From assembly GCA_036821145.1 (NCBI GenBank), contig DAISJZ010000002.1, positions 49,432 to 113,431 on the forward strand: DNA of 64,000 bases. Reading direction: 5' to 3'. The first letter of the stretch is position 1. Every line of letters starts with the position of its first letter. A program made the translations under genes and the position numbers. Source of the stretch: Spirochaetota bacterium. GTDB lineage: Bacteria > Spirochaetota > UBA4802 > UBA5550. This document shows, piece by piece, positions 1-9,685 of the stretch. Under the pieces are notes generated by a model. That model was not told the DNA's origin. It ran no database searches and saw nothing but the letters and a program-made list of their open reading frames with translations.

Positions 1-1367
1 GACTTAAGCTTAAGTTCATCAATTGCATTATTCAGATCCATTTCGATCTGGCTCAATTCACTTTCAATAAGCCTTTTTACATCCTGTCTTTCATTCTCAG
101 AATTCTCCAGTTCAATCTTTCTTTTTTCAATTGCATCCACAAGTTTTTTAATAACCACCTCAAGAGCTTCACGAAGCTTTTTGAGTGATAACTCGTGATC
201 TTTTATCTTTCTGTTGTTATCCTCAATCTTATCACGGGATGCATGTATAGAATCGATTTTCCTTTTTCTTGTTTCGAAGAATTCGGAAAGCTTCTTTTTA
301 TCTTCTACTATTTTATCTTTAAGCTCAAGAGCTGTTTCTTCACTCTTTTTTTTCTCAATCGTAAGTCGTTCGAGATTTTCTTTTCTTTCCTCAATTTTCT
401 TTATTACTGAATTCTTTCTTGATGTATTCTCTTCAACAAGACGCCTGTTTTTATCTGTTGCAAGATCGATTGTTTCTCTTCTGACTTTATAATCGCCTAA
501 TTTTTTTTCGATTTCAAAAAGCTGATACTGAAGATCATTTTTTCTCTTTTCATCTTTTTCATTTTCAACTGATGTTTTGGACACTTTGCCGGAAAGCTCT
601 TCACGTTCTTTTTTCAGTTTTTCAATATCAGCCTGGTTTTTTTCATATTTCCTGACAAGATCTCTATATTTAATAAGACTGACCTTTATATCAAGATCAG
701 AAAGTTTTCCTTTGAGATTAAGAAACTCCTTGGTTTTGTCAGCCTGCCTGGATTTGAGATCCTTTTCTCTCTCAATCTCTTTAAGAATATCATTTATTCT
801 ATTCAGGTTTTCACCTGTGTCCTGAAGTTTTTTGAGAGATTCCTTTTTCTGCATCTTGTATCTGGAGATGCCGGCAGCTTCTTCAAACAGATATCTTCTG
901 TCTTCAGCTTTTGTGGATAGTATAAGGTCCATCTTTCCCTGTTCAAGAACAGAGTAAGCAGATTTGCCTATACCTGTATCCATGAAGAGCTTATCTATAT
1001 CCTTCAGCCTTACAGGAGATTTATTAATGAGATATTCAGATTCACCGTCACGGAATATTCTTCTGCTTACAGTGACCATTTCTGAATCGAAATCCAGTAT
1101 GCGGTTGGTATTATCAATGGTAAGGGACACTTCCGCAAGGGAAAGTGCTTTTCTCTGGTCAGTTCCGGAGAATATAATATCCTCCATGGTCTGCCCACGG
1201 ATATTTTTAGCCTGCTTTTCACCGAGAACCCACTTTACAGCATCAACTACGTTCGATTTGCCGCAGCCGTTGGGTCCTACAATTGCTGTTATACCCGGTT
1301 CAAATTCAATATGCGTTTTATCCGCAAATGATTTGAAGCCGAACATGTCCATTGATTTAAGAAACAT
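1..1367 (-). CDS. smc: Chromosome segregation ATPase SMC, N-terminal head plus coiled coil (gene runs off the window at position 1)
   Basis: Reverse translation from ATG 1367 reads MFLKSMDMFGFKSFADKTHIEFEPGITAIVGPNGCGKSNVVDAVKWVLGEKQAKNIRG... (SMC Walker A head). An uninterrupted E/K-rich coiled coil then continues to the window edge (codon boundary at 3). It is absent from the ORF track because it is truncated. Confidence 0.93.
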   Translation of the reverse strand, partial: MFLKSMDMFGFKSFADKTHIEFEPGITAIVGPNGCGKSNVVDAVKWVLGEKQAKNIRGQTMEDIIFSGTDQRKALSLAEVSLTIDNTNRILDFDSEMVTVSRRIFRDGESEYLINKSPVRLKDIDKLFMDTGIGKSAYSVLEQGKMDLILSTKAEDRRYLFEEAAGISRYKMQKKESLKKLQDTGENLNRINDILKEIEREKDLKSRQADKTKEFLNLKGKLSDLDIKVSLIKYRDLVRKYEKNQADIEKLKKEREELSGKVSKTSVENEKDEKRKNDLQYQLFEIEKKLGDYKVRRETIDLATDKNRRLVEENTSRKNSVIKKIEERKENLERLTIEKKKSEETALELKDKIVEDKKKLSEFFETRKRKIDSIHASRDKIEDNNRKIKDHELSLKKLREALEVVIKKLVDAIEKRKIELENSENERQDVKRLIESELSQIEMDLNNAIDELKLK

Positions 1368-1794
1368 AAAATTCCACTATTTTATATATTTGAAAAAAGT
1401 ACATTTAACGGAAGAGCAGGTTTTCCTGAAAAAATAATTAACATCAATCGGAATTTGTGCAGTAAATAATTCCTGTCAAATCAAATGATACTTAAAAATA
1501 ATTACAGGACTTTAAGCAAGTAGATTTTTGACTCATCATTAAAAAATTAAACAGCATAATTTAAAATAAAATAAAAAAATGATTAAAACTATTGATAATT
1601 AAACCATATAATGTAAAATTTATCAGTTTAAGATATATTATTTATTAACCTTATTACATTATTTTTTCATTAACTTATATAAGCAAGGAAATGCTCTATT
1701 ACTTTATTCAACACTATAAAGTATCTTTAGAATTATAACTGAAATGATTATGAAAAAAATCCGGTACTTATTCTGTATACAGGGATAATACTTA

Positions 1795-2316
1795 ATGACT
1801 AAAATCGAAAAATGCCTGATCGGTCTGCTGATACTATTTTCAGCCTGTACCACCGATAAAAAAAACTCATCAGTTCAAACTGTATTCACATACGGAAATT
1901 CAACTGAATACAGCATTAAATCTTCTGACAGTATAGATAATCATACTACATACCAGGTTTTTTTCACTATTGAACAGAAAACCGAATGCATTTCTATTAA
2001 TATTGAGTCTGTTTATCTTCAGAAAAACTTCCCTATTCAGAAAATACCGAAAAAGACATTTTTCATTGTTGAGAAGGAGGTTATTCTTGCGCATAAATCT
2101 CTTAAAAACAGACCGGAATATATTCCACTGGGCAGAAATTTCAACAATGAATGGGAGATATATTCACCTGTTAAAATATGTTCAATCAAGAACGATCCTC
2201 TCTCACAACTCGACAAATCAAGATACAGGATTCGTCTGACGACTTTTGAAAAACTTCCTGTTTATTACGTGATAACAATAAACTCAGACCGCAAGATAAT
2301 TATTCCGGCAGAATAA
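1795..2316 (+). CDS. Hypothetical lipoprotein
   Basis: 173-aa ORF. The N-terminus MTKIEKCLIGLLILFSAC has a signal peptide and a lipobox-like LFSAC. No recognisable domain. Confidence 0.6.
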   Translation: MTKIEKCLIGLLILFSACTTDKKNSSVQTVFTYGNSTEYSIKSSDSIDNHTTYQVFFTIEQKTECISINIESVYLQKNFPIQKIPKKTFFIVEKEVILAHKSLKNRPEYIPLGRNFNNEWEIYSPVKICSIKNDPLSQLDKSRYRIRLTTFEKLPVYYVITINSDRKIIIPAE

Positions 2317-2321
2317 ATTTG

Positions 2322-3437
2322 TCAATTTCCTGAAAGAGCAATTTCAATTTCCTCTTTAAGTTCACCCTCTGCATTAACAGAATATCTTTCAAGTGCAGAA
2401 ACCGCATCATCACCCCCGAGTTTTCCCAGAGACCATGCAATCATTATCCTTACCCGATCATCATCAAAATTATCAAATGCCTTAATTAAATGAGGGATAT
2501 ATTTTCTGTCACCTGTATTCCCCATTGCTCTTGCAGCGTTCATTCTCCATCGCCAGGCCTGTTTATAAGACATGTAGAACATAAATGGCCAGATCCTTTT
2601 TTCAAAATAATCCTGATCCATCAGGAGCACTTTTTCAGGGGCAAAATCTTCTGACATGCGTTCAAATCTCGCATCAGTACTCTTATCAGCAGTAATCCAG
2701 CTTATATTTCTGGGGCAGACATTCTGGCATCTGTCGCAACCATAGATATACAGTCCCATTGGTTCACGAAGTTCCCGAGGAGTCACTTCTTTTCCGTAAT
2801 AAGTGAGATACGATATGCATTTTGAAGGCTCTATACGTCCGTTTCCAGTGAGTGCTTTTGTCGGGCACGCCGCAATGCATGCGTTTCTGCACCACTCCGG
2901 GCATCCGTTTTCAACTGTCGGAGCATCCGGTTCCAGTTCTGCATCTGTAACAATAACAACGGGAAATATGAAGGAGCTTTTACCGGCACTGCTGGAAGCA
3001 TAAAGAAGAGTATTTTTTCCTGAAGTTCCGATTCCGGCACGCATTGCAGAAAGTTTATCAGGCATCCCGGCTCCGAGTTTAGTATTGATACCGTTATCGC
3101 GGAGAAAACCTCTGAACTGCTTCACCATAACAGCAAGACCATCTTTTGTTACCCTGTCATCATTTAAATAACAGCGTCCGTAATACTTTTCCAACCTTAG
3201 AGGTATTCTATTAGTATAATATGAAAATAGAAGTACAATGAGACTCCTGCAGTTTTCAAGGGTATTATGCGGATCTATACCGGCTTTTAGATTAATTCCA
3301 AGTTTTTCAGTCCATTTATACCGGTCATCTATATCAATAAAATCCAGCTGAGAACTGAAAGGTTCCACACCAGTGACTCCAGCGTCTGCGAATCCGATTT
3401 CAAGAGCTTTTGTTTTAATCTCCTCTTTCGTCAGCAT
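2322..3437 (-). CDS. queG: Epoxyqueuosine reductase-like Fe-S protein (QueG family) with C-terminal HEAT-like repeats
   Basis: Motifs CPEWCRNACIAACPTKA, KCISYLTYY and YGCDRCQNVCPRN match the QueG ferredoxin-like core. C-terminal HEAT-like segment: PHLIKAFDNFDDDRVRIMIAWSLGKLGG. The track starts at GTG 3440. ATG 3437 follows GAGAGGTG. Confidence 0.7.
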   Translation of the reverse strand: MLTKEEIKTKALEIGFADAGVTGVEPFSSQLDFIDIDDRYKWTEKLGINLKAGIDPHNTLENCRSLIVLLFSYYTNRIPLRLEKYYGRCYLNDDRVTKDGLAVMVKQFRGFLRDNGINTKLGAGMPDKLSAMRAGIGTSGKNTLLYASSSAGKSSFIFPVVIVTDAELEPDAPTVENGCPEWCRNACIAACPTKALTGNGRIEPSKCISYLTYYGKEVTPRELREPMGLYIYGCDRCQNVCPRNISWITADKSTDARFERMSEDFAPEKVLLMDQDYFEKRIWPFMFYMSYKQAWRWRMNAARAMGNTGDRKYIPHLIKAFDNFDDDRVRIMIAWSLGKLGGDDAVSALERYSVNAEGELKEEIEIALSGN

Positions 3438-4032
3438 CACACACCTCTCTCCTTAAACTTTTTAACTGTTTAATAATCACGTCAGCACTCTCACGAAGAG
3501 GCCCATACTCTGAATAAACTCTTGAAAGCATGACAGCTCCTTCAAGCTGAGATATTATTACCCTGGCGTATCTTTCTGTTGAGCCGGATTCCATGATCTC
3601 TCCGCTATTTATTCCGCTTTTAAGAAGAGCGCTTATATTACTTTCCCATTTTTCAAAAACAGATTGAACAAATTTTGAAAGCGTGGAATCTCTTTCTCTG
3701 GATTCAAGAGCCATATTACCGAAAATACAGCCTCTGCCATTACCTTTTTCAACATGATAAGCAGCAATTGCATCTATCATAGAAATTAAACGTGCCAGCG
3801 GTGTTGCCCCGCTCATTCTTGAACTTATAAAAGAATCATAGTCACGCAGGGCCTCTTTGAGAACCTCAACAGCAAGCTCCTCTTTTGAATTATAATGGAA
3901 ATATAAATTACCTTTTTTAACACCTGTAAGATCAACAATATCGTTCATACTTGTATGATTATAACCTTTTTCATGAAAGAGTTCTAATGCTTTCTGAACA
4001 ATTTTTTCTTTAGTTTCAGTTCCCTTTTTCAT
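3415..4032 (-). CDS. TetR/AcrR family transcriptional regulator
   Basis: N-terminal HTH KIVQKALELFHEKGYNHTSMNDIVDLTGVKKGNLYFHYNSKEEL is typical TetR_N. Its 3' end overlaps the queG-like start by about 23 nt. Confidence 0.9.
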   Translation of the reverse strand: MKKGTETKEKIVQKALELFHEKGYNHTSMNDIVDLTGVKKGNLYFHYNSKEELAVEVLKEALRDYDSFISSRMSGATPLARLISMIDAIAAYHVEKGNGRGCIFGNMALESRERDSTLSKFVQSVFEKWESNISALLKSGINSGEIMESGSTERYARVIISQLEGAVMLSRVYSEYGPLRESADVIIKQLKSLRREVCDADERGD

Positions 4033-4094
4033 ATTATACCGACCGTATGGTACATTTTGAACAGATAATGATTTCAGTCAATAACTTTTAAACT

Positions 4095-4496
4095 CTATAC
4101 AAGATCGAGAATTTTTTTAAGAGTAAAGCTCTGAAGATATTCCTGCACTCTGCCATCCGCTTCTATCAATATCTTATCAAGAACTTTTTCAATATTAGAA
4201 CCTATATGGCAGCAACTGCAGTCGTGGCATTTCGGTTTAAGTATATCCCTCTGAGTAAGCTCATAAAGAGCGCGTAAGGTTACATTTCCTGGGTCACAGG
4301 CGAGGGAAAACCCGCCATTTACCCCTTCTTTGGAAGCAATAAAACCTTCATCTTTCAGCTGAGAGAGGACTTTACGTACCCTCACAGCATGAACATTCAT
4401 CATATCAGAAAGCTTTGAACTTGAAAGCAACTGCTCCTTATGAACCGCGAGAAGAAGCATGGAATGAACTGCTATTGCGAAATCACTGTTTATCAT
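4095..4496 (-). CDS. Rrf2 (BadM/IscR-like) family transcriptional regulator
   Basis: MINSDFAIAVHSMLLLAVH...LSSSKLSDMMNVHAVRVRKVLSQLKDEGFIASKEGVNGG is an Rrf2 winged helix. Cys-rich C-terminal segment: KCHDCSCCH. The internal ATG 4496 is preferred over the track start 4526. Confidence 0.85.
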   Translation of the reverse strand: MINSDFAIAVHSMLLLAVHKEQLLSSSKLSDMMNVHAVRVRKVLSQLKDEGFIASKEGVNGGFSLACDPGNVTLRALYELTQRDILKPKCHDCSCCHIGSNIEKVLDKILIEADGRVQEYLQSFTLKKILDLV

Positions 4497-4550
4497 GGTA
4501 GAAACATTTATACATATGAACAACAAACTGTCAATATTTTTATTACAATT

Positions 4551-5444
4551 TTATTTTACACATTTCTCTCTGTTATAATCCAGCTTATCAAGAATTGACT
4601 GTATAGCCCAGTCCTCTCTGCATCTTAACTTATTGCCGAATTTACTGTATAAAAACTCAGGCTTACCAAAAACCTGAAGTCCGATCTGCTGCACACTGGT
4701 AATCCCTGCTGCTGCAAGCTCACCCACCCTGTTTATCACATCGGACATACCATCAATTCTCGTTTGTATAAGTTTTTCACTGTTCTTCACCACACCATGA
4801 TGTGCGGAGATAAAACCCGTACCTGATTGCGCGTACTCCATCATCTTTTTAAGGCTCTCGAGCTCCTCAACATAATCCTCTCCAAGAGTAACATACCGCT
4901 TCCTGCCGGGTACAGGAATTGCATCGCCGGAATAAATTATATCATCAGGCATAATCCTGTAAACAGTATGATCCGGTGAATGACCAGGCGCAGGGATAAC
5001 TTCGATTTTTCGTCCTCTATCAGTTGTATAGACTTCACGATCAAGCATCTTGTAATTGAACATCTCGGGTCGCCCCCAGAAGAGGTCCATCAGGCCGGAA
5101 ACGAATGAAAAATCATGAACGGATTCAGGTGAATATACTTCCGCACCAAGTTCATTCTGAATCAGCCTGTTACCCCCCACATGGTCTTCGTGCATGTGAG
5201 TATTCAGAATCATCCAGTTACGGGTTTTATCAAGTGTCTTCAGATAGGTAAGCATCTCCTCCCTGCTGTAGTTCGGATTCCCGCTATCGATAAATATATT
5301 ATCAACAAGAAGAAAATATCCATCTATATGCCACATGCCCAAAAAGGTACCAGCATACCTGAAAAGTGTAATATCATTAAGCTCTTCCGGCTTTTGTATC
5401 GAGAGGAATCTTTCTTTCAGTTTAAACCCTTTTTTCGGTTTCAT
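4551..5444 (-). CDS. MBL-fold metallo-hydrolase
   Basis: HMHEDHVGGN (HxHxDH motif) plus downstream GHSPDH and HHG. Lies 24 nt upstream of the Rrf2 gene on the same strand. Confidence 0.85.
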   Translation of the reverse strand: MKPKKGFKLKERFLSIQKPEELNDITLFRYAGTFLGMWHIDGYFLLVDNIFIDSGNPNYSREEMLTYLKTLDKTRNWMILNTHMHEDHVGGNRLIQNELGAEVYSPESVHDFSFVSGLMDLFWGRPEMFNYKMLDREVYTTDRGRKIEVIPAPGHSPDHTVYRIMPDDIIYSGDAIPVPGRKRYVTLGEDYVEELESLKKMMEYAQSGTGFISAHHGVVKNSEKLIQTRIDGMSDVINRVGELAAAGITSVQQIGLQVFGKPEFLYSKFGNKLRCREDWAIQSILDKLDYNREKCVK

Positions 5445-5769
5445 TTTTTCTCCGCATTTTTTCTTTTTTGGTACCTCCAGTAAAAAAATTCAAGATATTA
5501 TTCATATAATATTGACTTTTTTATTTCATTTAATTTTATTATTTTAATATGTATAACATTACAATCCAACCTTTAATTTCTTTAAATACAAGCTCAAAAC
5601 TCCCTTTTAAAGCAGCAGGACATATAAAGAGGCTGCCACATCTTTACTCATAAAAAATCGGGTTATTGAAACTGCCTGTAAAATAGATATACTTTATATA
5701 TTTTCTTTTTGCATTTTAATTATTCGTAAGTAAATATTGCTGATATTTTTTAGTTAAAGGAGCATGTCT

Positions 5770-6828
5770 ATGGCTATTAGAGAGGGAAAATGGGACTGCA
5801 AAGTATGCGACAGAAAAGGAAACAGGGGCCCGGATTCCTATTGCGGTTCGTGCGGCTCTCCCCGGCCTGATAATGTTGAATTTTATCTCCCGGAGGATGC
5901 TGAGGAAGTTACAGATGAAATTAAACTGAAAGAAGCAGAATCCGGAGCAGACTGGCGATGTTCATACTGCTCCACTCAGAATAATGCATTCGATAATTTC
6001 TGCGTAAGCTGCGGCAATAAACGTGACATATCAGGCGGTGATATTTCCCTTAATCAGAAAGAAATTTACTTTGATTCTCCGGGGACTAACAGTGCTTCCG
6101 TAACTATTCCTGTTAAAACAGCAGGTAAAGGTAAAAAAATAATTATCACCTTAGCCTCTATTATATTTGCATTGATAGTTATATCCGGTATAGCCGGAAT
6201 TAAAACAGATATCGATGTCAATGTAACCGGTTTTGAATATTACGCCAGGATTTCATATGAAGCATATAAACTTGTAACTGAAGAGGACTGGTCTCTCCCC
6301 GCCGGTGCTGAAAAGATTTCAGAATTCAGGGCTATACATCATTACGATAAAATTCCTGACGGCTATATAACCAGAACAAGGGAGGTTCAGGTACAGATCG
6401 GCACAAAAAAAGTAAAAACCGGAGTTAAAGATCTGGGAAACGGGTACTTTAAAGATATATATGAAGAGAGACCTGTTTATGAAACCAGAACTGAAAGATA
6501 CAATGAAACAAAATATAGAGATGTGCCGGTATATATGCAGAAGTATAAATATCGCATAATGAAATGGATAGATGAAAGGCCTATTGAATACAGCGGCAAA
6601 AATAAAGATATTTCATTTAATCTAAAAGCTGACGAACTTAAAAAAAGCCCGGACAGGTTCCGGAATATCAAAACTGATTCTAAATATTACCTCTCGGTCA
6701 TTGATGCAGGGGGGAAAAACTATAAAGATGATGTTAGTTTTAATACCTGGAAAAATACCGAACTGAATCAATCAATTAAAGCAGAGAAATCAAAGTTTTT
6801 CGGATTTTTTTATGGAATAAAAGAATAA
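5770..6828 (+). CDS. Membrane protein with two N-terminal RanBP2-like zinc ribbons, one TM helix and an uncharacterised C-terminal domain
   Basis: WDCKVCDRKGNRGPDSYCGSCGSPRP and WRCSYCSTQNNAFDNFCVSCGNKR, then the TM segment IIITLASIIFALIVISGIAGI. The SD AAAGGAG (5756-5762) is 7 nt from ATG 5770 and only 1 nt from the track start 5764. Confidence 0.7.
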   Translation: MAIREGKWDCKVCDRKGNRGPDSYCGSCGSPRPDNVEFYLPEDAEEVTDEIKLKEAESGADWRCSYCSTQNNAFDNFCVSCGNKRDISGGDISLNQKEIYFDSPGTNSASVTIPVKTAGKGKKIIITLASIIFALIVISGIAGIKTDIDVNVTGFEYYARISYEAYKLVTEEDWSLPAGAEKISEFRAIHHYDKIPDGYITRTREVQVQIGTKKVKTGVKDLGNGYFKDIYEERPVYETRTERYNETKYRDVPVYMQKYKYRIMKWIDERPIEYSGKNKDISFNLKADELKKSPDRFRNIKTDSKYYLSVIDAGGKNYKDDVSFNTWKNTELNQSIKAEKSKFFGFFYGIKE

Positions 6829-7012
6829 AAATTATAATTACTTAAATTTATATTTGATTTGTTTAACTCATAATTTATTTTTAAAATTATTAATTTATTT
6901 TTATTGATTAAATTAATATATTATCTTAAAATATGTGTCTTACTGATATTCTGATAATTCTTCAATGAATATCATAACTATCTAACTGCAAAAAAAACTG
7001 GAGGTTTTTTAA

Positions 7013-8143
7013 ATGAAAAAGTTTTCTATATTAATGCTATTTATATTTACAGCATTTTTATTTATTACAAGCGCTGCGATTTCACAGGATGCAGACACCG
7101 GTACAGAATCTGATGTTAATACAACAACAGAGGAAGTTACAACTGACAATGCCACTACTGACAATGTCACAACTGATAATGTAACAACTGAAGATGCGAC
7201 AACTGAAAATGCAGAAAAAGTTTTTGAGAAAGAAGAAGTTCAGATTCTCAAAGGGAAACCCAGATCTTTTAATGATGGTTATAATACTTATGTAAATGAC
7301 AAGGTGCGTTTTGAACTCTTTGAAATTGACAATATTATGCCTGACACCAAGTTCTATAAAATAGACGACGGTGCAGATCAGAAATACACTGAACCATTTA
7401 CACTTAGCGATGAAGGTGCTCATGTTCTCTACTATTACAGTATTGATAAAATGGGTAATAAAGAGATGCAGAAGAGCCTTAATGTTATTGTTGATAAAAC
7501 AGCTCCGGAAGTAATCGTTGTTGTAAAAGCTCCATTCGCAAAAACAGGGGAAACAATCTATGCTTCTGATAAATTCAGCTATGAATATACAATATCTGCT
7601 AAAGACAACATTTCAGGTGTTGCAGGTATTTCTTATGCTGTAGCCGGTGAAGAACATAAAGAATATGTTAAACCATTCGCAATCAATTCACTTGAACCTG
7701 TAAAAATCGATGTTGCAGCTGAGGATAAAGTAGGTAATCTCACCAAAAAATATCTGTCAAAAGTTATTGATGAAAACGGCAATCTTCTCGCTGAAAGTAT
7801 GGATGATGTTAAGATCACAGTTGATAAAACAGCTCCTACGGTTGAGATAAAAGGCGACAAGGAATTCTTTAAAAAAGAGAATACACTAGTTGCATCTAAA
7901 GATTATAAATACACAATTACAGCTGCTGATACTGAATCAGGTATTAAAGCAATATATTACAGGGTAGATAACAAAAGCGATTTTATTCTTTATACCGGAG
8001 AACTGATGTTCAATACAAACGGTATGCATAAGATTGAAGCTATTGCTAAAGATGGTGTAGGCAATATCAGCAAAACTGCTGTGCTTGATGTATTTGTTGA
8101 TATAATTCCTGCTGATACAAATATCAAACTTGTTACAGAATAA
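7013..8143 (+). CDS. Secreted protein with a Thr/Asp/Asn repeat linker and three Ig-like (OmpL47/chitobiase-C-like) repeat modules
   Basis: Signal peptide MKKFSILMLFIFTAFLFITSAAISQ. Three modules end in YYSIDKMGNKE..VDKTAPEV, AEDKVGNL..VDKTAPTV and AKDGVGNIS. SD GGAGG lies 9 nt upstream. Confidence 0.75.
   Translation: MKKFSILMLFIFTAFLFITSAAISQDADTGTESDVNTTTEEVTTDNATTDNVTTDNVTTEDATTENAEKVFEKEEVQILKGKPRSFNDGYNTYVNDKVRFELFEIDNIMPDTKFYKIDDGADQKYTEPFTLSDEGAHVLYYYSIDKMGNKEMQKSLNVIVDKTAPEVIVVVKAPFAKTGETIYASDKFSYEYTISAKDNISGVAGISYAVAGEEHKEYVKPFAINSLEPVKIDVAAEDKVGNLTKKYLSKVIDENGNLLAESMDDVKITVDKTAPTVEIKGDKEFFKKENTLVASKDYKYTITAADTESGIKAIYYRVDNKSDFILYTGELMFNTNGMHKIEAIAKDGVGNISKTAVLDVFVDIIPADTNIKLVTE
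7139..7213 (+). repeat. Five tandem copies of a 15-bp in-frame unit (ACAACTGAYAATGYN) encoding TTDNA/TTDNV/TTEDA/TTENA
   Basis: Units read directly: acaactgacaatgcc, actactgacaatgtc, acaactgataatgta, acaactgaagatgcg, acaactgaaaatgca. Confidence 0.9.
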
Positions 8144-8153
8144 TAATCTTTCC

Positions 8154-8179
8154 TCCGGCAGAATCTTAATTCTGCCGGA
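8154..8179 (+). terminator. Stem-loop 11 nt after the 7013-8143 stop (11-bp perfect stem, loop CTTA), with a weak T-rich tail
   Basis: tccggcagaat-ctta-attctgccgga. The following sequence (tagaatcttattatt) is only moderately U-rich. Confidence 0.5.
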
Positions 8180-8252
8180 TAGAATCTTATTATTAGATTT
8201 ATTCAGTATTCATCTACCGGCAGGATGATACCCTGCAAACAGGAGGTTATTG

Positions 8253-8828
8253 ATGAAATTAAAGAATTTTATACTTACTGCCCTGACTGTCACGGCTATA
8301 ATATCCATGACATCATGCAGCACTGAACAGAAAAAAGAAGATACACCTGTTGTTAAGGCTTTCGGTGCGGGTGTTGCATGCTCCGAAGGAGACTGCCTTA
8401 ACGGCAAAGGAAAAATTAAATTTCCTAAGGGTGAAGAATATAATGGCGAATTTAAAGAAGCAAAAGTAAGCGGTACCGGTGTAATGTTATGGCCTAATGG
8501 TGCTAAATACGAAGGTTCATTCGAAGATAATAAGCGTAATGGCAGTGGCGTTTATACATACTCAAATGGCGATGTTTTTAAAGGTGACTATAAAGACAAC
8601 AAAAGAAACGGTACAGGTGAGTATAAGTGGAAAAACGGTGATGTATATACCGGTGACTGGAAAGACGGCAAAATGGATGGTAACGGTACATACATATGGG
8701 CCGAAGGCGCAAAATATGTTGGTGAATGGAAAGAAGGAAAACTTAATGGTAAAGGTACTATTACATGGCCTGATACCGCGAAAGTTGATGGAATTTTTGA
8801 AAACAACAGACTTGTCAGTGAACAATAG
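8253..8828 (+). CDS. MORN-repeat lipoprotein
   Basis: Signal peptide and lipobox (IISMTSC), followed by about 7 MORN units such as YEGSFEDNKRNGSGVYTYSNGDVFKGDYKDNKRNGTGEYKWKNGDVYTGDWKDGKMDGNG. AGGAGG lies 6 nt before ATG 8253 (the track starts at TTG 8250). Confidence 0.85.
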   Translation: MKLKNFILTALTVTAIISMTSCSTEQKKEDTPVVKAFGAGVACSEGDCLNGKGKIKFPKGEEYNGEFKEAKVSGTGVMLWPNGAKYEGSFEDNKRNGSGVYTYSNGDVFKGDYKDNKRNGTGEYKWKNGDVYTGDWKDGKMDGNGTYIWAEGAKYVGEWKEGKLNGKGTITWPDTAKVDGIFENNRLVSEQ

Positions 8829-8843
8829 AAAATTCCATATTCC

Positions 8844-8884
8844 ACGAATAAAAAACCCCTGGATCTCAGGGGTTTTTTATTCGT
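8844..8884. terminator. Bidirectional rho-independent terminator (18-bp perfect inverted repeat including A- and T-tracts)
   Basis: acgaataaaaaacccctg-gatct-caggggttttttattcgt lies between the convergent MORN gene and the ygbA-like gene. The ygbA-like stop sits inside the right arm. Confidence 0.85.
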
Positions 8885-9192
8885 ACCGGTTTATATAGCT
8901 TTTTCTTTAATAAATATTTTACTCCTGTTACAGGTTTTCTGAATAATATTGCCGGACCTGAAAATTTCATAACATTTTTAATCTGTTCCCGCTTATCCGG
9001 ATTATAACAGTGAATCGGACAACTGGAGCATGTCGGTTTAAATTCTCCATACGGGCATTGTTGAATTCTAACTAATGCATAATTAAACAGTTCAATACAC
9101 TCATTACACATTTTTTTATTGTTATGTTTTTTAAAACAATAATATTCAATCATCCATTGAATTATATACTTATCATCTAATTTAATAAACAA
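8866..9192 (-). CDS. Nitrous oxide-stimulated promoter family protein (YgbA-like Cys-rich protein)
   Basis: CNECIELFNYALVRIQQCPYGEFKPTCSSCPIHCYNPDKREQIKNVMKFSGP matches the characteristic YgbA family Cys pattern. Confidence 0.8.
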   Translation of the reverse strand: MFIKLDDKYIIQWMIEYYCFKKHNNKKMCNECIELFNYALVRIQQCPYGEFKPTCSSCPIHCYNPDKREQIKNVMKFSGPAILFRKPVTGVKYLLKKKLYKPVRIKNP

Positions 9193-9266
9193 AAGACAAC
9201 CTCTTTACTAAATAAAAGAAAACCACACTTAAATATTTGTATATAGAAAGCGTTTTAAAAAAACAG

Positions 9267-9674
9267 TTATTTATGATATGCAACACCTGTACCTGTGGCT
9301 ATAATCTTATCTCCGGTACCACGAACTTCAAGTTTCCAGAAACTTACCTTTTTACCCGTACTAACCGGCATAGCTTCTGCAAAAATTTTTTCGCCATCAA
9401 TTGCTGACGAAATATAATTTATATTTACACTAAGCGATACCGCAACATTACCGGTCGAATTTGCTGCAACTGCAAGTGCCTGATCCAGAACGGCATATAT
9501 AATTGCGCCATGAGCTCTTTCAACTGCATTTAAAAATTCCGGTTTTATTGTGACCGAACATCTTGCGTAGCCTGCATTGACTTCATCTGTCTCGATACCC
9601 AGATAAGTTGCCATAGGATCTTTAGCGACAACATCTCTTGCATAACTTACAGGATCTTTAATTAAATCAGACAT
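9267..9674 (-). CDS. PaaI-family hotdog-fold thioesterase
   Basis: 135 aa. The segment FLNAVERAHGAIIYAVLDQALAVAANS and the C-terminal beta-rich part fit PaaI/YbdB-type thioesterases. Confidence 0.75.
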   Translation of the reverse strand: MSDLIKDPVSYARDVVAKDPMATYLGIETDEVNAGYARCSVTIKPEFLNAVERAHGAIIYAVLDQALAVAANSTGNVAVSLSVNINYISSAIDGEKIFAEAMPVSTGKKVSFWKLEVRGTGDKIIATGTGVAYHK

Positions 9675-9685
9675 ACGTCCTCCAT

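Noticed and set aside
195-1437. Four + strand ORFs (71-157 aa) with S/F/L-rich low-complexity products.
   Set aside because: They are antisense to the E/K-rich coiled-coil region of smc, which reads open on the minus strand with a convincing Walker A head. This is a typical shadow-ORF artefact.
1368-1794. 427-bp extremely AT-rich spacer between divergent smc and the lipoprotein gene, considered as a replication origin, CRISPR leader or ncRNA locus.
   Set aside because: No DnaA-box clusters, no direct repeats and no GC-rich structured segment were visible. It is probably just divergent promoter DNA.
8497-8898. Several overlapping ORFs on both strands across the MORN gene (8497-8898 +, 8562-8825 -, 8588-8845 -).
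   Set aside because: These are artefacts of the periodic, stop-poor MORN repeat coding sequence. The 8253-8828 frame alone has an SD, a lipoprotein signal and recognisable repeats.
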